A stretch of DNA of 63,179 nucleotides, filler included, from Hyphochytrium catenoides (taxonomy: Eukaryota > Protista > Hyphochytriomycota), in assembly GCA_900088475.1 (NCBI GenBank). It is 5 parts of 5 records of this genome, joined end to end, with 100 filler letters (N's around TTAATTAATTAA, not from the genome) between each part and the next. Parts side by side here need not be neighbours in the genome. Positions count along the whole stretch, not along the records: positions 42,318 to 54,308 come from FLMG01002140.1; positions 54,409 to 57,143 come from FLMG01002647.1; positions 57,244 to 63,179 come from FLMG01004701.1; 2 more parts are not named here. One strand, written 5' to 3'. How positions within the stretch are numbered: the stretch's first letter is position 1; each line of letters begins with the position of its first letter. This document shows, one piece after another, positions 46,394-59,134 of the stretch. Below the pieces are notes generated by a model. That model did not search any database. It was not told the origin of the DNA and saw only the letters and a program-made list of their open reading frames with translations. The translations under genes were made by a program, and so were the position numbers.

Positions 46394-49300
46394 TCACTGA
46401 CGGTTTGAAATGGAGGGCAGCACGCCTCCTGAAGCGGTGTAGCCAGAGATAAAGCCTGCAAAGTATATGAGGAAAAAACCAAGAGAAAGGCTGATGTGCG
46501 TGTAGAGAGGCGACATGCCATCTTTCGGCAGGAAGTCAGTAGACATCACACGCGCCACGATGACCAAGAAGAAGAGTGCTACTGCTTGGCAGGTCACCCA
46601 GAATGGCGTCCGATCTAGAAGAGACATTTGGGTTGGAGCAAGCCCCTTCTCTTTCTCATGCTCTTCTCCTGCTAATAGGGTGTGTAGAGCGTTCTGCTGC
46701 CCAAATAGAGCTGCCCTTCTCTCTTGTCTAACCAGAATCTCGTGCATTCTCCACCGGATATCCTCATAAAACTCTGGATTTGCGTTGATGCGTTCCTGGT
46801 AGGGATAGATATCGAACTCGTCCAGAACTTTAGTTAGAAGGTGGAAGATACGTCCGGCGATCGCTTTTGAGAAGATCTTGAGCATGGATTGGGTGACATG
46901 AACCTGCACAGACATACAGGTAATGTCAGAGAGCAGCTCTGGTTATAGCGGAGTTTCCGACTGTCAAAACGGAAAGTATAGACTTCCCAGAGCTAACATG
47001 AGGCCAAAACGGGGCTGACGGGAGAGTTGAACAACAGAAAAATAATTGAAGACTTGAGGGCCAAGCGTGAACTTATTCTGGGAGCATCGATGCAAGAACG
47101 AGGAGAGACGGAGATTACCTTAGGGTCGACGTTCAAGATCAGTCTTAACGCCGCAGTGTGCTTGTCAATGAGAGTGAGGTGGAACCCTCCATTCAGGTCT
47201 ATCCGAACGTAATCACGGGTCGGAGGAGGAATCTCAACCTCCTCGGACGAAGATATGGTACTGAGAGCCAACATCATCGCATTGCGCTCTAACAGATCAA
47301 TTCCTAACACGTGACAGAACAGGTCAGATTGACGTGGAAAAAATAGAGATGGGCATGCGCCAAGAGCGGACTGCCGAGGCGTGGGGCAGTGGAGTCAACC
47401 CTATGGATAGCGAAGCTGGAATTTCATCTCTTCTATCTCTTGCGCGTCAGCTCGTTCCTGACAGAGTGCCTGTCACTGTTCTCTCTCCTCTGACCGATAG
47501 TCTACGTAATCCATGGATGCACTCTTCAAGCTTCTGCAGTGTCGACCGTCCGTCTTACCTCGTCCCTCCACGACAAAGTCCCTATTGCTAAGTGGAAAGA
47601 ACGACGGAAAGTCCATCTTAAGATGCGCTATGCCGTGCATGTTCGTCGGCTTGGCCAGAAGGACGGCCTTCCTGCAGAACGGCAGGTAATTGTGTGCAAG
47701 GTCTGCCTCTGCTACCACTGCCACTAATCGCACAAAGTCGCATTTTATGATGCTCTCGACTTTTACACTGCCACTTGCTTTTCCCGAAGGATCCAAGCTA
47801 TTGCTGGGGAGGAATAGTGCATTCCGGGTCAGTGCAAGAAAAGAAAGGACTGTCAATGACCCAAGAGGAGAACGTTACGGTTGACTCATTTGGTCAGATA
47901 AGATGAAATAGATTGGAAAGGCAGAGAAAAAAGTCTTCCATGAATCGACTCATATCGTGGGAAGAGAGTAGCTGAAGGATATGCTGCCGGAGAACTTGGA
48001 TCACTCGAAGTTGAAAGATCAGCTTGCGCCATGATCACAGACCTGATGTACGTCTTCTGGGGTCCATGTGTTGAAGCTAGAGTCCAACCTTCATCTGTCT
48101 CAAACTGTCGCAGCGTTCTCTCCGCCCAATCAGATATGTTTATTACCTGTCACGCCAAAAGTCGCGTAAGAGGCGACAGGAACTCTCATCAATGACGGTG
48201 AAGGAAGAAGTAGAATAAACTAGTAGAACAGAGAGGAGAATGGACTGATATTGTGTTGAGGTAGACCCAGGACGTGGTAGACGAGAGAAAGAGAAAGTCT
48301 CAGCCAGAGGAAGCTACCTTCTTTCTCAGTGGAAAGCCATGCACCTGGACCACTAGTCTTGCCAGGAGCTCCTGCCTTTGCGGATCTAGAGCAAGGATGC
48401 CAGAGAAGGTTTATATTCCGTGTCGAACGAAGAGGTAAAATGAAGAAACAGGCGGGGGAGAGTGGACAGAGTTAGCAAAAAGAAATGGAGACTAGTGGTA
48501 GAATAAGGGATGGCTCTAAGAACAACAACAATTGTAGCCAAACCTAATGAATGGACAACGGCAGAGAGAAAGGAACCTTACTAGATGTAGGAACTGGAAG
48601 CCCTTGTGGAGAAAGGTTCATGGCTTACCAGTTTCGGTGTCTTCTAGATGAGCTATCAGCTTATCCAGTCGATTGAGCTGTCGGCGGGCAATGAGCCACC
48701 GGTCCATATGGACAGCCTTCCCAACACCCTCAAGTAGTGAGGGCAGTTGCAGCTCCAGTTCGTGAAGAGTGAGATGGAGATCTTTCTCCTCCGCAACGTC
48801 CAGCGCCCCTATAGCGAACATTGAAGTCATAAGAAGTCAGGTTGAGGCAAAGAAGAACGTTGGGAATGCTAGAATTAGAATTTTGGCGGGCCCTATTCAG
48901 GACTGAGCGCAACGAGAGCTGTCCAATACAGTGAGGTTTGACTAAAAGATGGGCGGTGCAAAAGAGGACGTTGCTTGCTCGACAGCAGCTTGTTTCTTGT
49001 CTAGAAAGGCCAAGAACTGAAGATAGAAAATGCGAAAGCCGCAATAACTTATAGCATTGTGTGGAGCTTTCTTCTGGCACAACGCGGAGACCAAAGCGAA
49101 GGACGAATGAAACTTACCGACGGTGCGGTGAAGAATCTCTATCCATTCCTTAGCGTCCTCCTCTTTCTCTGCGTAGAGTTCTAGCCTTTTCTTCCTTTCC
49201 CCGTCCTGAGAACCCCAACCGTGAGGAGTAGTGAATGCATTCACAGAGCCACCATGTTAGTAGTTGCTAGCCCAGATGCGCGAGTAGTAAGGACGCGCAA

Positions 49301-50160
49301 GACGTACCGCGGCAGCATGAGAGGCACAATGTACACAAACAGGACGCAAAGGACAACGAGACAGGGAGCCGAACAAGAATTAGCGGCTGAACAGCTACCT
49401 GGATGATGAACTTGAACATCATATCGTACTTCAGGACTGCCTGTCCACTGCCTGTGCCCTTAGACCGCCTCCTCTTACCTATCGCTTTCACCGCACCTGG
49501 TTTCATGTTAAAGGAGAGCCAAGCACAAGTGGATTAAATATGTGCGGAGTTGACGCGGAGAAGTCTTAGTAGCAGGGATAAGATAGCACGATGGAACGAG
49601 AGTGGTGGCTTGCGTCTCCTAGAATAAACGGAACGATTGAGCTCACACCACCCATAAGGAGTCTGTAGGGGAGGGAATGCAACGCAGAAAACGAGGTCGG
49701 AGAGAGAGAAGAAACCGAGTTGAGACTACCTTCATACTGAATATCATAGGTGGCATCAAGAACAGCAAAGACTCTTCCTTTTCCGTTGGGGGTCAGCATG
49801 GCCTCATGACTGTGGTAGTATACAAGACGCTTGCCATCCAGGATAAAGTAGCGCCGCCTTGCAAAAGGCACCATCTTATAGCCCTGGAACAATAAAAGGA
49901 GAGACGTGTTAGAGCCCCACAACAAAAGGGTCAGGGCTAACCTTACGAGTCCAGAGAGAAAGAGACAGAGAAAGTCCGGACAGTGAGAGGTAGAAAGAGA
50001 TATGTTACAGGGAAAGAGAGGGTGAGAGAAGCAAAATGAAATTAGGAGAGAGACAGATAATGAAAGGAGTTTGCGCAAAGACAGAACATCCATATGCTAC
50101 GCGCAACAAGGCGGACAAGGAACTCTGAAAGGTACCGATACATAGAACTACCTTCACCAT
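46394..50160 (-). CDS. Multi-exon PH-domain + START(-like) domain + two C-terminal TM helix protein (5' end and some middle exons uncertain)
   Basis: PH fragments RRRYFILDGKRLVYY and LELYAEKEEDAKEWIEIL. START fragments EGWTLAS..KTYI, VKVESII, EADLAHNYLPFC, FPLSNRDFVV, IPPP...VRI, ILNVDPK. GT-AG boundaries keep frame where I checked them. The last exon has two hydrophobic helices. Confidence 0.8.
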
Positions 50161-52589
50161 CGCGCGCTCTCCCTCTCTTTTGCCACTCAACCCGATCACT
50201 CCCCCTCGTGCCTCTCTCTCCTCTCTCCACCCAAGCCACCGCTGTGCTGCCTTTCTCTACTCAACCCGCAAACGCTCAGCCTCACTCTCTCTGGACGCTC
50301 AGAGACTCTCTCTCTGGACGGTTATTGTCCTCCCTTCTTAGGTCTCCTAGCTAGTTGCAAGATCTACTGTACCCAGTTCTATCTCCCACTAGATGAGCCC
50401 TCGGTGACAGGTCAACTACTCTTTTTCTTCATCGCCACTTAACTCTTCTCCCACCGCGAAGCTGTCAGCCTCCCCTAAATTTTGTCATTTCCTCTCGCAC
50501 TGATCCTGCAGAAGCACTCGTACCGTTCTCCAAAGATAGCCTGCCGCTGTGACATTCGACACATCATCCACACAATGGAGAGCACCTCCATGAGACTAGA
50601 AAGCGCGATAGAGGCGTGTTAGAATAGAGACAGAGGAGGACAGCAAAGATAGAACGAGGAGACAGGGTTGGTGAAGGCATCTAGCAGCCCACTTTTGTTA
50701 GCGCATTAGTTTACTTAGCGGAAGAGGACAGACGGTGCGGGAGAGAAAAAGAGACACCATTGAACAGGAGGATAAATGGAAGGTGCAAGAAGGAATTTCA
50801 TCTTTAGGGAGGTCAGGCAAAGGTCAACCACGTTATCCTAAAGGGCGAAGGTAGGAGCGACTAGAAAATGCACAAGCGAATAAAGAAGTCCATCACCTCA
50901 GTGGTGGCATCAGAGCGTTCAGACGCTCCCCGTTCTCTGCCGCTTGAGAAGGCTTGAGAGCCGGTTCGCGTCCTTTCCCTGCCTAGCTCGGCCTCATGCC
51001 CCTCTGAAGGAGCCTCCAAGGCTCTTCTTCTCCCGCTCTCCGATTCATTCATATGCTGACCGTTGATCTGCTCCCCCAAGTCATTCTTCATACTTCTATC
51101 TCCTCCGGCTATCGCGCCACGGGATAAAGCTTGGGACAACGTTCCCCTCTTTTTTCTTGTTGTTAGACGGTCGCTCAGGTCTCACGCTTCCAGTGATCAG
51201 AGTAGATAGAAGAAACAATAGAAGGAGGGCGTAATGCTATGCACGACGATGAGCGCTGCACCGGCACACGCTACAGCGCAGCACCGTGGGACGTAGCGAA
51301 CAGACACAACGAAAGACAAGGATGGTGACAGAGTAAGAGACACGGAGGAACGAGTAGGGAGAGCGGTGTGAGACGGCGTCTGCGCTAGTTGAAGGTCAAG
51401 AGACGAGTGACATTGCGGCCTGCACCATCATTGACCTTCATCAGAGCTCTACCTTGAGTTGAGGCATCTGCAAAAGTTTGGGTCGCACCCACGTCGAATT
51501 CAGGCCAAGTAATGGCCGAATCTAAGTGAAGAATCCTAGGGTAAGAAGACAATTGGTACAAGCCTACCCAAAAAAAGAGCAAAGTAAGGTTAGAGAGTGA
51601 GGACGTGAGGGACAGTCTTTAAATTCGGTCGTTTGTTAACGAAAGCCGAGAAGTCAGTTTCCTCTAATTTAGTTCTCTATTCCAGAGGGCCCTAAATTGG
51701 GGGCTCCAGTAATCCATCTTGCTGGTTGTTGCTCTTACCTTCGGTAACCTCTCCTAATAATTGTACAACCTCCGAAAGTAACGATCCATCAACAAGAGCA
51801 GGAGGTTGAACTTGAAGTGATAACGCCGCCACAGCTGCCGCGACTGTAGACAGAGATGTTGTGGCTCTCAGGGAGAAGCTGGATGCGAAGACTTGCTGCT
51901 TGTCGCTCGGCGTGAGTTAAGCACTGGCAGGTTAGCACGTGCCACGGACCCGAACGAAGAAAGAGCTCACTTCCATTGATTTGAACTACTATTAGGCAAA
52001 CTGCTCGTTGATAGGAAGTTAAGTCTCATCTGCAGCGTTTATTAATCATCCATTCACCAGGTTATTATGGTTCCAGACACTGAGACTCTCACTGACTCAA
52101 ACAGCCGGGGGTTGGCAGGAAGTCCTGTCTCTGCTAAACCTTGTAGTCCATGAGGCCTGTTCAACGACACCCACGAAAAAACCTGGCCGGATGCCTCTGC
52201 TCTGACCAGGGGACAAGTAACACCTAGCACAAGACTCCTGTCGTACCAGAGGAACGCTCCGTATGTACTATACAAAGCTTCTGCCTATCATAGTCAAGGC
52301 TAATAAGGATTGCATAGGTGTCAGGGCCATTTTCCGAGACGGTGGACGGAAGATCTTGTCCTCCTTTCTCTAATCGCCTTGAAAGTATGAGCTCCATGTC
52401 CGACGAAGCTTTGGTAGCAGAGCCTACCGAGGTCGGCGAAGACCGAATCAGAGACATCAGCGATCCGCGTCACGACTTGGCCAAATGAAGGCCGGGACGG
52501 TTGGGCTGAGGTAACGCCGTAACAGTTGGTAACATGGGACTAATGTCTGGCTCCGGTTTGGTAGGCCGTGGGGTCAGGACGGTGCTATC

Positions 52590-53700
52590 CTTAAGTTAGC
52601 ATTGCTTCATTGATTCTGTGTGTCATCAAAGATTCTGCCGGTGGACATCGTGCCTCATAGAACAAAAGTGGGTAAATAGACCAACTTTTGGCTCCGAAGA
52701 CCAAGCAAGGGAAAAGATAATAAGCTTGCATAATAACAAGTCGCTGAACGGATAAGGCAGAAATTGCTTGATAGTGGAGCGCTGCCACAGATGATAGGAA
52801 GAAGCCGGTAGCATCTTTCAAGCGGGTTCTAGGTAGCAATGAGAGGGCACATTCTCTTGCTTGCCTTTATCCCTTGTTATGTTTAGGTCCTCACAGCCAG
52901 TACTGCTGCTTCAAACCCGGGGGGATGATCACGTAGATCACATAGGTCCTATGTCTGAAGCTTGCCTTCAGGAAGGAAGAGAAACACTTTCGACGAAGAG
53001 GTGGCCGCAATGCAGAAAAGGCAAAATGATGACAACCTCTTATTATACCACGATCTCAAAGAGTAAGCCTTCTCTCCTAAGCTCAAACACACTCTGGCTG
53101 TTGACTGGACAATTGCACCTCTTCTCCAGAGCTAGGGAGGCTCTTCAGCAGTCCGTCTACTATTCCCAGAGCAAATCCTTGTATGGGCCCTTACGACACT
53201 ACTGACACGAACTTAGCCAGCACATAACAAGAGGCAATCGGGATTCTGGTGTTCATCGCAGGAGCTGTCTTGACTGCCTTCTTTAGCACACGCATATAGG
53301 ATCTGCCTGGGATGGCTAAGGAGGATAAGTTGTAGCTAGGATGGGCTAAATTGAACACTCATAGAGCAAATACCATATGCAGCATGGAACACCACGAAGA
53401 GCTAGTCCTTGAATGTAGACGCGCTAAGTTTGATGTTGTAAGAGATTATCTCAAGATACACACGAATGTACCTAAAATGACTGAACTGATTGAGAAGGGA
53501 AGCTTTGTTCTCTTGTTTGTTCCATATTTCCTCCACGCACTTCACGTGGTGCGAGGAGTACACTATCATCTGGATGGACAAGATCAGAGATTAATTCGCA
53601 AGCATTCCGCCGCCGAAAGCCGTTCGTCGTGACCATCATCAGGATCTGGACTATGCTTGTCGCACAAACAGAATCGACACTGAAAAAAGAAACTCTTGAA
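52590..53700 (-). pseudogene. Decayed protein kinase fragments
   Basis: Interrupted motifs resembling subdomain XI (HDERLSAAECLR), V (EVVIILPFLHCGHLF), VIa (DATGFFLSSVAALHY) and VIb-VII (HDVHR / ESLMTHRINEAMLT). Confidence 0.35.
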
Positions 53701-54308
53701 TCTCTAACAGTCAAGGAGCTGCCATCCTGGCTGATAACCGACACACTTTTTTCAAGAGCTCTTCTTCACGAAGGACACTTCAAATTTATCGAATTATGCC
53801 TACCACGCTTTGAGGCACCATCATGGTCACTCAGATGTAGTAGTTCTATGCCGCCGACTTCATGAAAAAATATGAGAAAGCAAACGAGCACAGCGAAAGA
53901 AGGCCAAGCGCCTCTCGAGAAAATAAGACCGCGGGGCACCTCTATTATAAGGCTAGGTTTCCATTTTGCTATATTTCCACTAGAATCATGGACAGTGATG
54001 ACTCACAACCACCCTCAAAAAAGAAAACTTATTATAAGATCATCAATAAGATTACAGAGATAATAAGCAATAGCAAGCCAAAGAAGTTGAAAGTAAAGCC
54101 CGCAAGCAACTTCGCTTTGCTCAAGAAGGTAAAGATCCCATTCGAAGCTATAAAGCATAAAGCAAGCCCATTCGTTTTTTATAAAAGCCGAGTAGAAGGT
54201 TCTAGTTTTTTTTTTGAGTTAATGTGGCCTTTATTACTAGAAAAAATTAAGGAGTGATGACTAGTAGACTACTGTTTAAAGAGGAAGAGAGATATGAAAT
54301 ATGCACTA

Positions 54309-54408
54309 NNNNNNNNNNNNNNNNNNNNNNNNNNNNNNNNNNNNNNNNNNNNTTAATTAATTAANNNNNNNNNNNNNNNNNNNNNNNNNNNNNNNNNNNN
54401 NNNNNNNN
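54309..54408. other. Artificial contig spacer
   Basis: N44-TTAATTAATTAA-N44. Confidence 0.95.
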
Positions 54409-55508
54409 TCGTCCTTTCATACGTTTACCCAATGTTGCCTCAGAGTTGACCCAAACTTTACTGATGTCGTTTTACAGTGGATGGTGATGGGCACGGGCAG
54501 CAGGCGGAACAGCTAGGTAGAGCAGTCCTTGCTACACTTCTTGAGACTTCTTCTCGTGGCAGCCTAACAACAAGCACCAGGCAACAGCGCTGCTGCCCCA
54601 AGACAGTGCACTGCTGGTCTGAGATTGTGATTTGGGCTGTGTCTCGATAACTAGGAAGTACGGTCGTTACAATCTTGGAAGGTTGCTTGATGAGAGTGAA
54701 GGAGAGAGGAGGGAAACAGGGTAGGTGACAGACGGCGTGCTTTCTGACAGCATCAGAGGTATTGTGCCGTCCCACTACATTACTTGCTATGTATCCTCTG
54801 CGCTATCCAGAATGATCCTATCCATCATTGACCTTATTCCTCATGATCCGAAGGTCTCACAGTTCTATCTAGAATATCAAAGGTATATTGGTTCCCACTA
54901 CACACCCAACCGATCGACCTCGTTTCTATCAGAATCGCCCCTTCCCTAGCCGCCTTGGTTGACCTCCCAGACAACTGCTAAAAGAGCAACTGCACCGGGA
55001 CACTGTAAACGAAACTTTACCTTTAATTTAAAGTTTCCCAGGATTTCAATCCCGCACCGGACCCTTTAATTGACCCTTTAACTGTAAATTAAAGTTAAAG
55101 GTTCCGCTGACTCTTTAACCGAGCCCGATTTTTAAAAAAGAGTCTAGACCTGACCCTTTATATCAAACTGGTGTGGTAATCTAGAGGAATAACTAGAAAA
55201 AGCAGTTTGGTAGACCGACCTTTTCTGATTTTCTGATGAAGATCTGAAGGGAAAACGCGGGAGCTTTTGAAGTTGAAACACTGCTAGCGGCAATCGCGCG
55301 CTCATCATCAAAAAAGAAGAATTAGCTCCTGCTTGCGTCCTGAGTGCATGGTGAAAATAGGAGGGGCGATGAGTCAGCAGGAGGGCAAGCTGCAATAAGA
55401 GGGAGCATCTCAATCAGCAGCAACAACTTCACCATCCATCATCGATCACAATTCTAACCTCCAACCACCACCACCAACAACAACAATCTACTATTATTTG
55501 GAAACAAG

Positions 55509-56388
55509 ATGGGCAAGGGATAGAGCTGGACTGCAGTTGAGGATGAACAACTCTGCCGTTCATGGTTGAATGTGTCTCAGGACCCCATCACTGCCAACTC
55601 ACAGAAGGCGCACACCTTCTGGTCTCGAGTTTGGACTCATTTCAACGAAAATCTTCCTGGTGACGTGATCAGTGAGAGATTAGAGAAAGCTCTTCAACAA
55701 CGATGGGGGACCATACAGCATGACGTCTCAAAGTTTGCTGGAGATTTTGCAAAGGTGATTGCACTTAATGAGAGTGGGAAAAACGAGGATGACATCGTTA
55801 AAGATGCCCTGCGGGTTTACCAGGAGACGCACCCTAAAAAAAGGTCAACGTTTCTTGTTTATCCATTGTTGGTACATACTACGCAATGCCCCAAAGTGGG
55901 CTGACTATACCGTGGCAAGCAAGAAGAAAAAAACGAAGGTGATAAGCATCGAAAGTAGGAGCAGAGGACCCCAGTCTTCTAATGGATCTGATGATGGTGG
56001 AGAGGCAACACGTAACGAGTCTCCTGCAGGTCTCGAGGAGAAGAGCGTCACTCACATGATGGACGGCCCAGAAAAAGACGAGAATCATCAAGACAGCAAC
56101 GGGGCCACGATACCGAACGTCATAAGTGGCAGGAAGCGGCCTGCTGGAGTCAAAAAGGCAAAGGCTGATAAGAAAGATGACCACTTTAACACAAAATACC
56201 TTACTCTTACGGAGGATATGGCAGAGTCAGCTCGGAAGAAGGTGAAAGCTATCGAGGATCACTTCGCGTTGCAGCTGTTCAGCTTAAGAGATGATCAGAT
56301 ACCACCAGAATCGAAAAGGTTTTTTGATCTAAAGCGACAGGCCATTCTCAGAGAACTAGAGAATTCAGTAAAGGAAAAAGGTTGCTGA
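55509..56388 (+). pseudogene. Harbinger Myb/SANT-like + NAM-associated ORF with a premature TAG (55521) and a frameshift (~55845)
   Basis: MGKG*SWTAVEDEQLCRSWLNVSQDP...FWSRV...RWGTIQHDVSKF, then a frame change at the A-run to F.FIHCWYILRNAPKW...RPAGVKKAK. Confidence 0.85.
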
Positions 56389-56447
56389 TCAGCAGCACCA
56401 GACCCAGAGACGTCGCTACGTGATGAATTCGTTGAATTAATGGTACT

Positions 56448-57143
56448 CTAAAGTGCTCGCCTTTGTCTTTTGTTAGCCTGACTTTGTTCACTACCCTTTT
56501 GGCGCCAGAGATGTTCAATTAGCTCATCTCGGAGCAAATAGTGGGCCCTACTGTCATGAATGTTCTTGATATCCTGTATCAATCGTGTGAGGGACCCAAT
56601 ACTATGTGCAGTACCCTCTCTGTCAACGGCGTCTACTAACGGCTGTCTAGCCCATGCACCCACGGCCTCCTCTGTGCCGTCATTCTCTCTCGGACCTTGA
56701 ACGTCATGGTGGTTACTTGCTTGACTGCCGTCATCGTAGATAAATTGGATGATATCTGGGTTGTATGTCTCATCCTCCCTTTCGTCCTCGACAATCATGT
56801 TATGCAGGATGGTGCATGCTCTGATAACGACATCCATTCTTTCTTGGAACCAGAATCTGGAAGGCTGCTTGAGTATACGGAAGCGGGCTTGAAGGACGCC
56901 AAAGCAGCGCTCAACATCCTTTCGAAGTGCTTCTTGCATCTTTGCAAAGTGGACTCGTTTGGCGTCTTGCGGCTCTGATATTGTCTGAACGAAGACAGAC
57001 CACTTCGGGTAGATCCCATCAGCAAGATAATAACCTTTCTTGAAGGCCGTTTCTCCAAGGCAAAAGTGCGCATCTGGGGCATTACCGCGGAGAAGATTTT
57101 TGATCAGCGGAGACCTGTCAAGGATGTTGATGTCGTTGTTGGA
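56448..57143 (-). CDS. PIF/Harbinger DDE transposase, C-terminal part (plant-transposon type)
   Basis: Open frame from the contig edge: SNNDINILDRSPL...GYYLADGIYPKW...QEALRKDVERCFGVLQARF...ACTILHNMIVEDE. Confidence 0.92.
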   Translation of the reverse strand, partial: SNNDINILDRSPLIKNLLRGNAPDAHFCLGETAFKKGYYLADGIYPKWSVFVQTISEPQDAKRVHFAKMQEALRKDVERCFGVLQARFRILKQPSRFWFQERMDVVIRACTILHNMIVEDEREDETYNPDIIQFIYDDGSQASNHHDVQGPRENDGTEEAVGAWARQPLVDAVDREGTAHSIGSLTRLIQDIKNIHDSRAHYLLRDELIEHLWRQKGSEQSQANKRQRRAL

Positions 57144-57243
57144 NNNNNNNNNNNNNNNNNNNNNNNNNNNNNNNNNNNNNNNNNNNNTTAATTAATTAAN
57201 NNNNNNNNNNNNNNNNNNNNNNNNNNNNNNNNNNNNNNNNNNN
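57144..57243. other. Artificial contig spacer
   Basis: N44-TTAATTAATTAA-N44. Confidence 0.95.
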
Positions 57244-57934
57244 CGAAGCTCGCTAGCAAAGGAACGATAAGGAAGAACGACCGTGCGCTTCTGCTAGAGG
57301 CTCTCCTGGCTTGTGATGATAGATACACGCAGAGGCAAGCAGAAAGTTAGCCCAGGATCAGAAGTCTTACGGTTGGAGCATCTAGAAGGGGAAAGTCACA
57401 GACTTGTAAGCCATTCCGGATGGCTGAGCCGGTGCAAAGAAGGACCCTTTGACCAGGACGTGCAACAGTGATATTCAGAGACAAGTGGGTTTACTGAGGG
57501 ACAGTGAAGAAGAATCTTTGATCAGGAGCAAGAGAGAAACTCAGAACCAACTCGGAAGGAGCTGTATCGAGTGAGCGCAGGGCCCTTGCGCGCCGCTACC
57601 GAGAGCTTAGAGCGCGTTAAGGCTAGCATGACGTTGTGCATCTGGCTCTATTTCTATAAGTTCATAAGTGCAATAAATAGGGGCGTTGATACCCACTCTG
57701 TGCTCTAATTAGCCTCCTTTGAGGCCACTGCCAGCTATCCCCAATAAATTGTCTCTCTCTCTCTCCCCTCTTCTCAGAGAAGTTGCAGCCTGCAGAATAA
57801 TCTCGCACGTCGCTTGTTGGCCCATACTAGTACCTCTTCTCCGATGACAAACTACTGCGAAGTCCTGTGGCATCCCTGACAGTCAAGGTCAGAAGCTAGA
57901 GGATCGGAGCCGTCACTCTTTAATGCCGCTGACC

Positions 57935-59134
57935 CTAAACCCCCACAAGAGGCGTATCCAAAGGCTTTAAGACCGGTGGAGGACGTTTCGACCGCTTCGA
58001 GATCACGGATGGCTGCCGGAAGATACTAGCGCCCGCCGGGAAGAGGGATGATGCAGGAGGAAGCTTGGTCTGAGGTTGAAGAGAGGTCCCAGATGGAGGA
58101 GCAGTAGCCGCAGAGGATACAAAGAGGGATGTCTGTAGAAACCGATGGTGCTCTGTGGGCGTGCTAGAGTCCCTTTGCTGGTTGTGAGCCGCCAAAGAAA
58201 AGTTCATCAGCAGCTTGGCAGAGTCCAAATCCATTTGTGAGATGCTGGAAGCCACTTTCAACGCTGCTTTGCTGGATGATATTTTGGACTTGCTCGGGTA
58301 GGATTGTACCTCACTCTTGGTAGTGGGGTCTAGAGGGCGCTTTCTGGAGATAAAGTTTCCACTGCCCTTGGCTCCAGAGAGAAGCTTGAGTTCAATGTTC
58401 TCACTTCCAGAGGAGGAGTCTTCTCCTTCGCCTTTACTTAAGCCTCCGAATCCTGCCGGCCCGCCGCCTCTGGAAGAGAGGGTGTTTCCTAACCCTGCCT
58501 CTAGCTTTGCAGCGCTCTTCGCCGAAATCTGCTCCAACCTTTGCTTGAATTTAAGTTCCAGTTCTGAAAGCTCTGCAAGGGCTTGTCTTCGCTTTTCTTC
58601 AAGTTCTTCAGTCACCTCAGGAGGGTGATACATTTGCTTGCCAATGCACTCAGAGCCAACAAACTTTTTCGTTATTCTCATCGGCTCACAGTTGAGTTTG
58701 TCGGCAAGATAGTTCCGTAACGACGTTCCCTCTTCTAAGGGAATATACCCTAACTTGAAGTACTGAATGATCTTTGTGCAGTACTGCTCTTCCTCGGCAA
58801 TCCACTTGCCTCGCCGCAGACCAGGTGCAGCCTTGGACTTGGTACATCTCGACACCTTTGGAGTTGCAGAAGGCTGACTGGAGGTTGTGAATGAGGTCGG
58901 CGACTTTCTTGAGAGTGACCCCGCACTCTCAACGGTGGTAGTTGAAGTCGCAGACTTACAAGGCGACATGGCAGGAGAGGCCATGTCTGAAGCCGCCTTG
59001 GCCCTAAGCTGGGAGTCTAGAGGGCTCGTCGGGCTCTTCACTATAGCGTCAGAAGAAGGATGCAGAGGTATAATGCCCTCCTGACTTCGATCAGTAACAG
59101 CCATCGTGATGACTGGTGGCGGCTTCTGAAACAT
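57935..59134 (-). CDS. Myb-like putative transcription factor of the stramenopile LRRGKW...CxPMRITKKF type (399 aa)
   Basis: LRRGKWIAEEEQY..II..F..G.IPL.EGTSLR.YL..KLNCEPMRITKKF, followed by a coiled coil and Ser/Pro-rich disorder. Confidence 0.8.
   Translation of the reverse strand: MFQKPPPVITMAVTDRSQEGIIPLHPSSDAIVKSPTSPLDSQLRAKAASDMASPAMSPCKSATSTTTVESAGSLSRKSPTSFTTSSQPSATPKVSRCTKSKAAPGLRRGKWIAEEEQYCTKIIQYFKLGYIPLEEGTSLRNYLADKLNCEPMRITKKFVGSECIGKQMYHPPEVTEELEEKRRQALAELSELELKFKQRLEQISAKSAAKLEAGLGNTLSSRGGGPAGFGGLSKGEGEDSSSGSENIELKLLSGAKGSGNFISRKRPLDPTTKSEVQSYPSKSKISSSKAALKVASSISQMDLDSAKLLMNFSLAAHNQQRDSSTPTEHHRFLQTSLFVSSAATAPPSGTSLQPQTKLPPASSLFPAGASIFRQPSVISKRSKRPPPVLKPLDTPLVGV

Larger units (their letters stand above)
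54983..57143. mobile_element. PIF/Harbinger DNA transposon, truncated by the contig end
   Basis: Convergent Myb/SANT ORF and DDE transposase. Candidate left end AGAGCAACTGCA at ~54983 followed by AT-rich subterminal repeats. Confidence 0.85.

Noticed and set aside
51385-52457. Short minus-strand ORFs that might be exons of a gene
   Set aside because: No recognisable domain and no consistent splice model.
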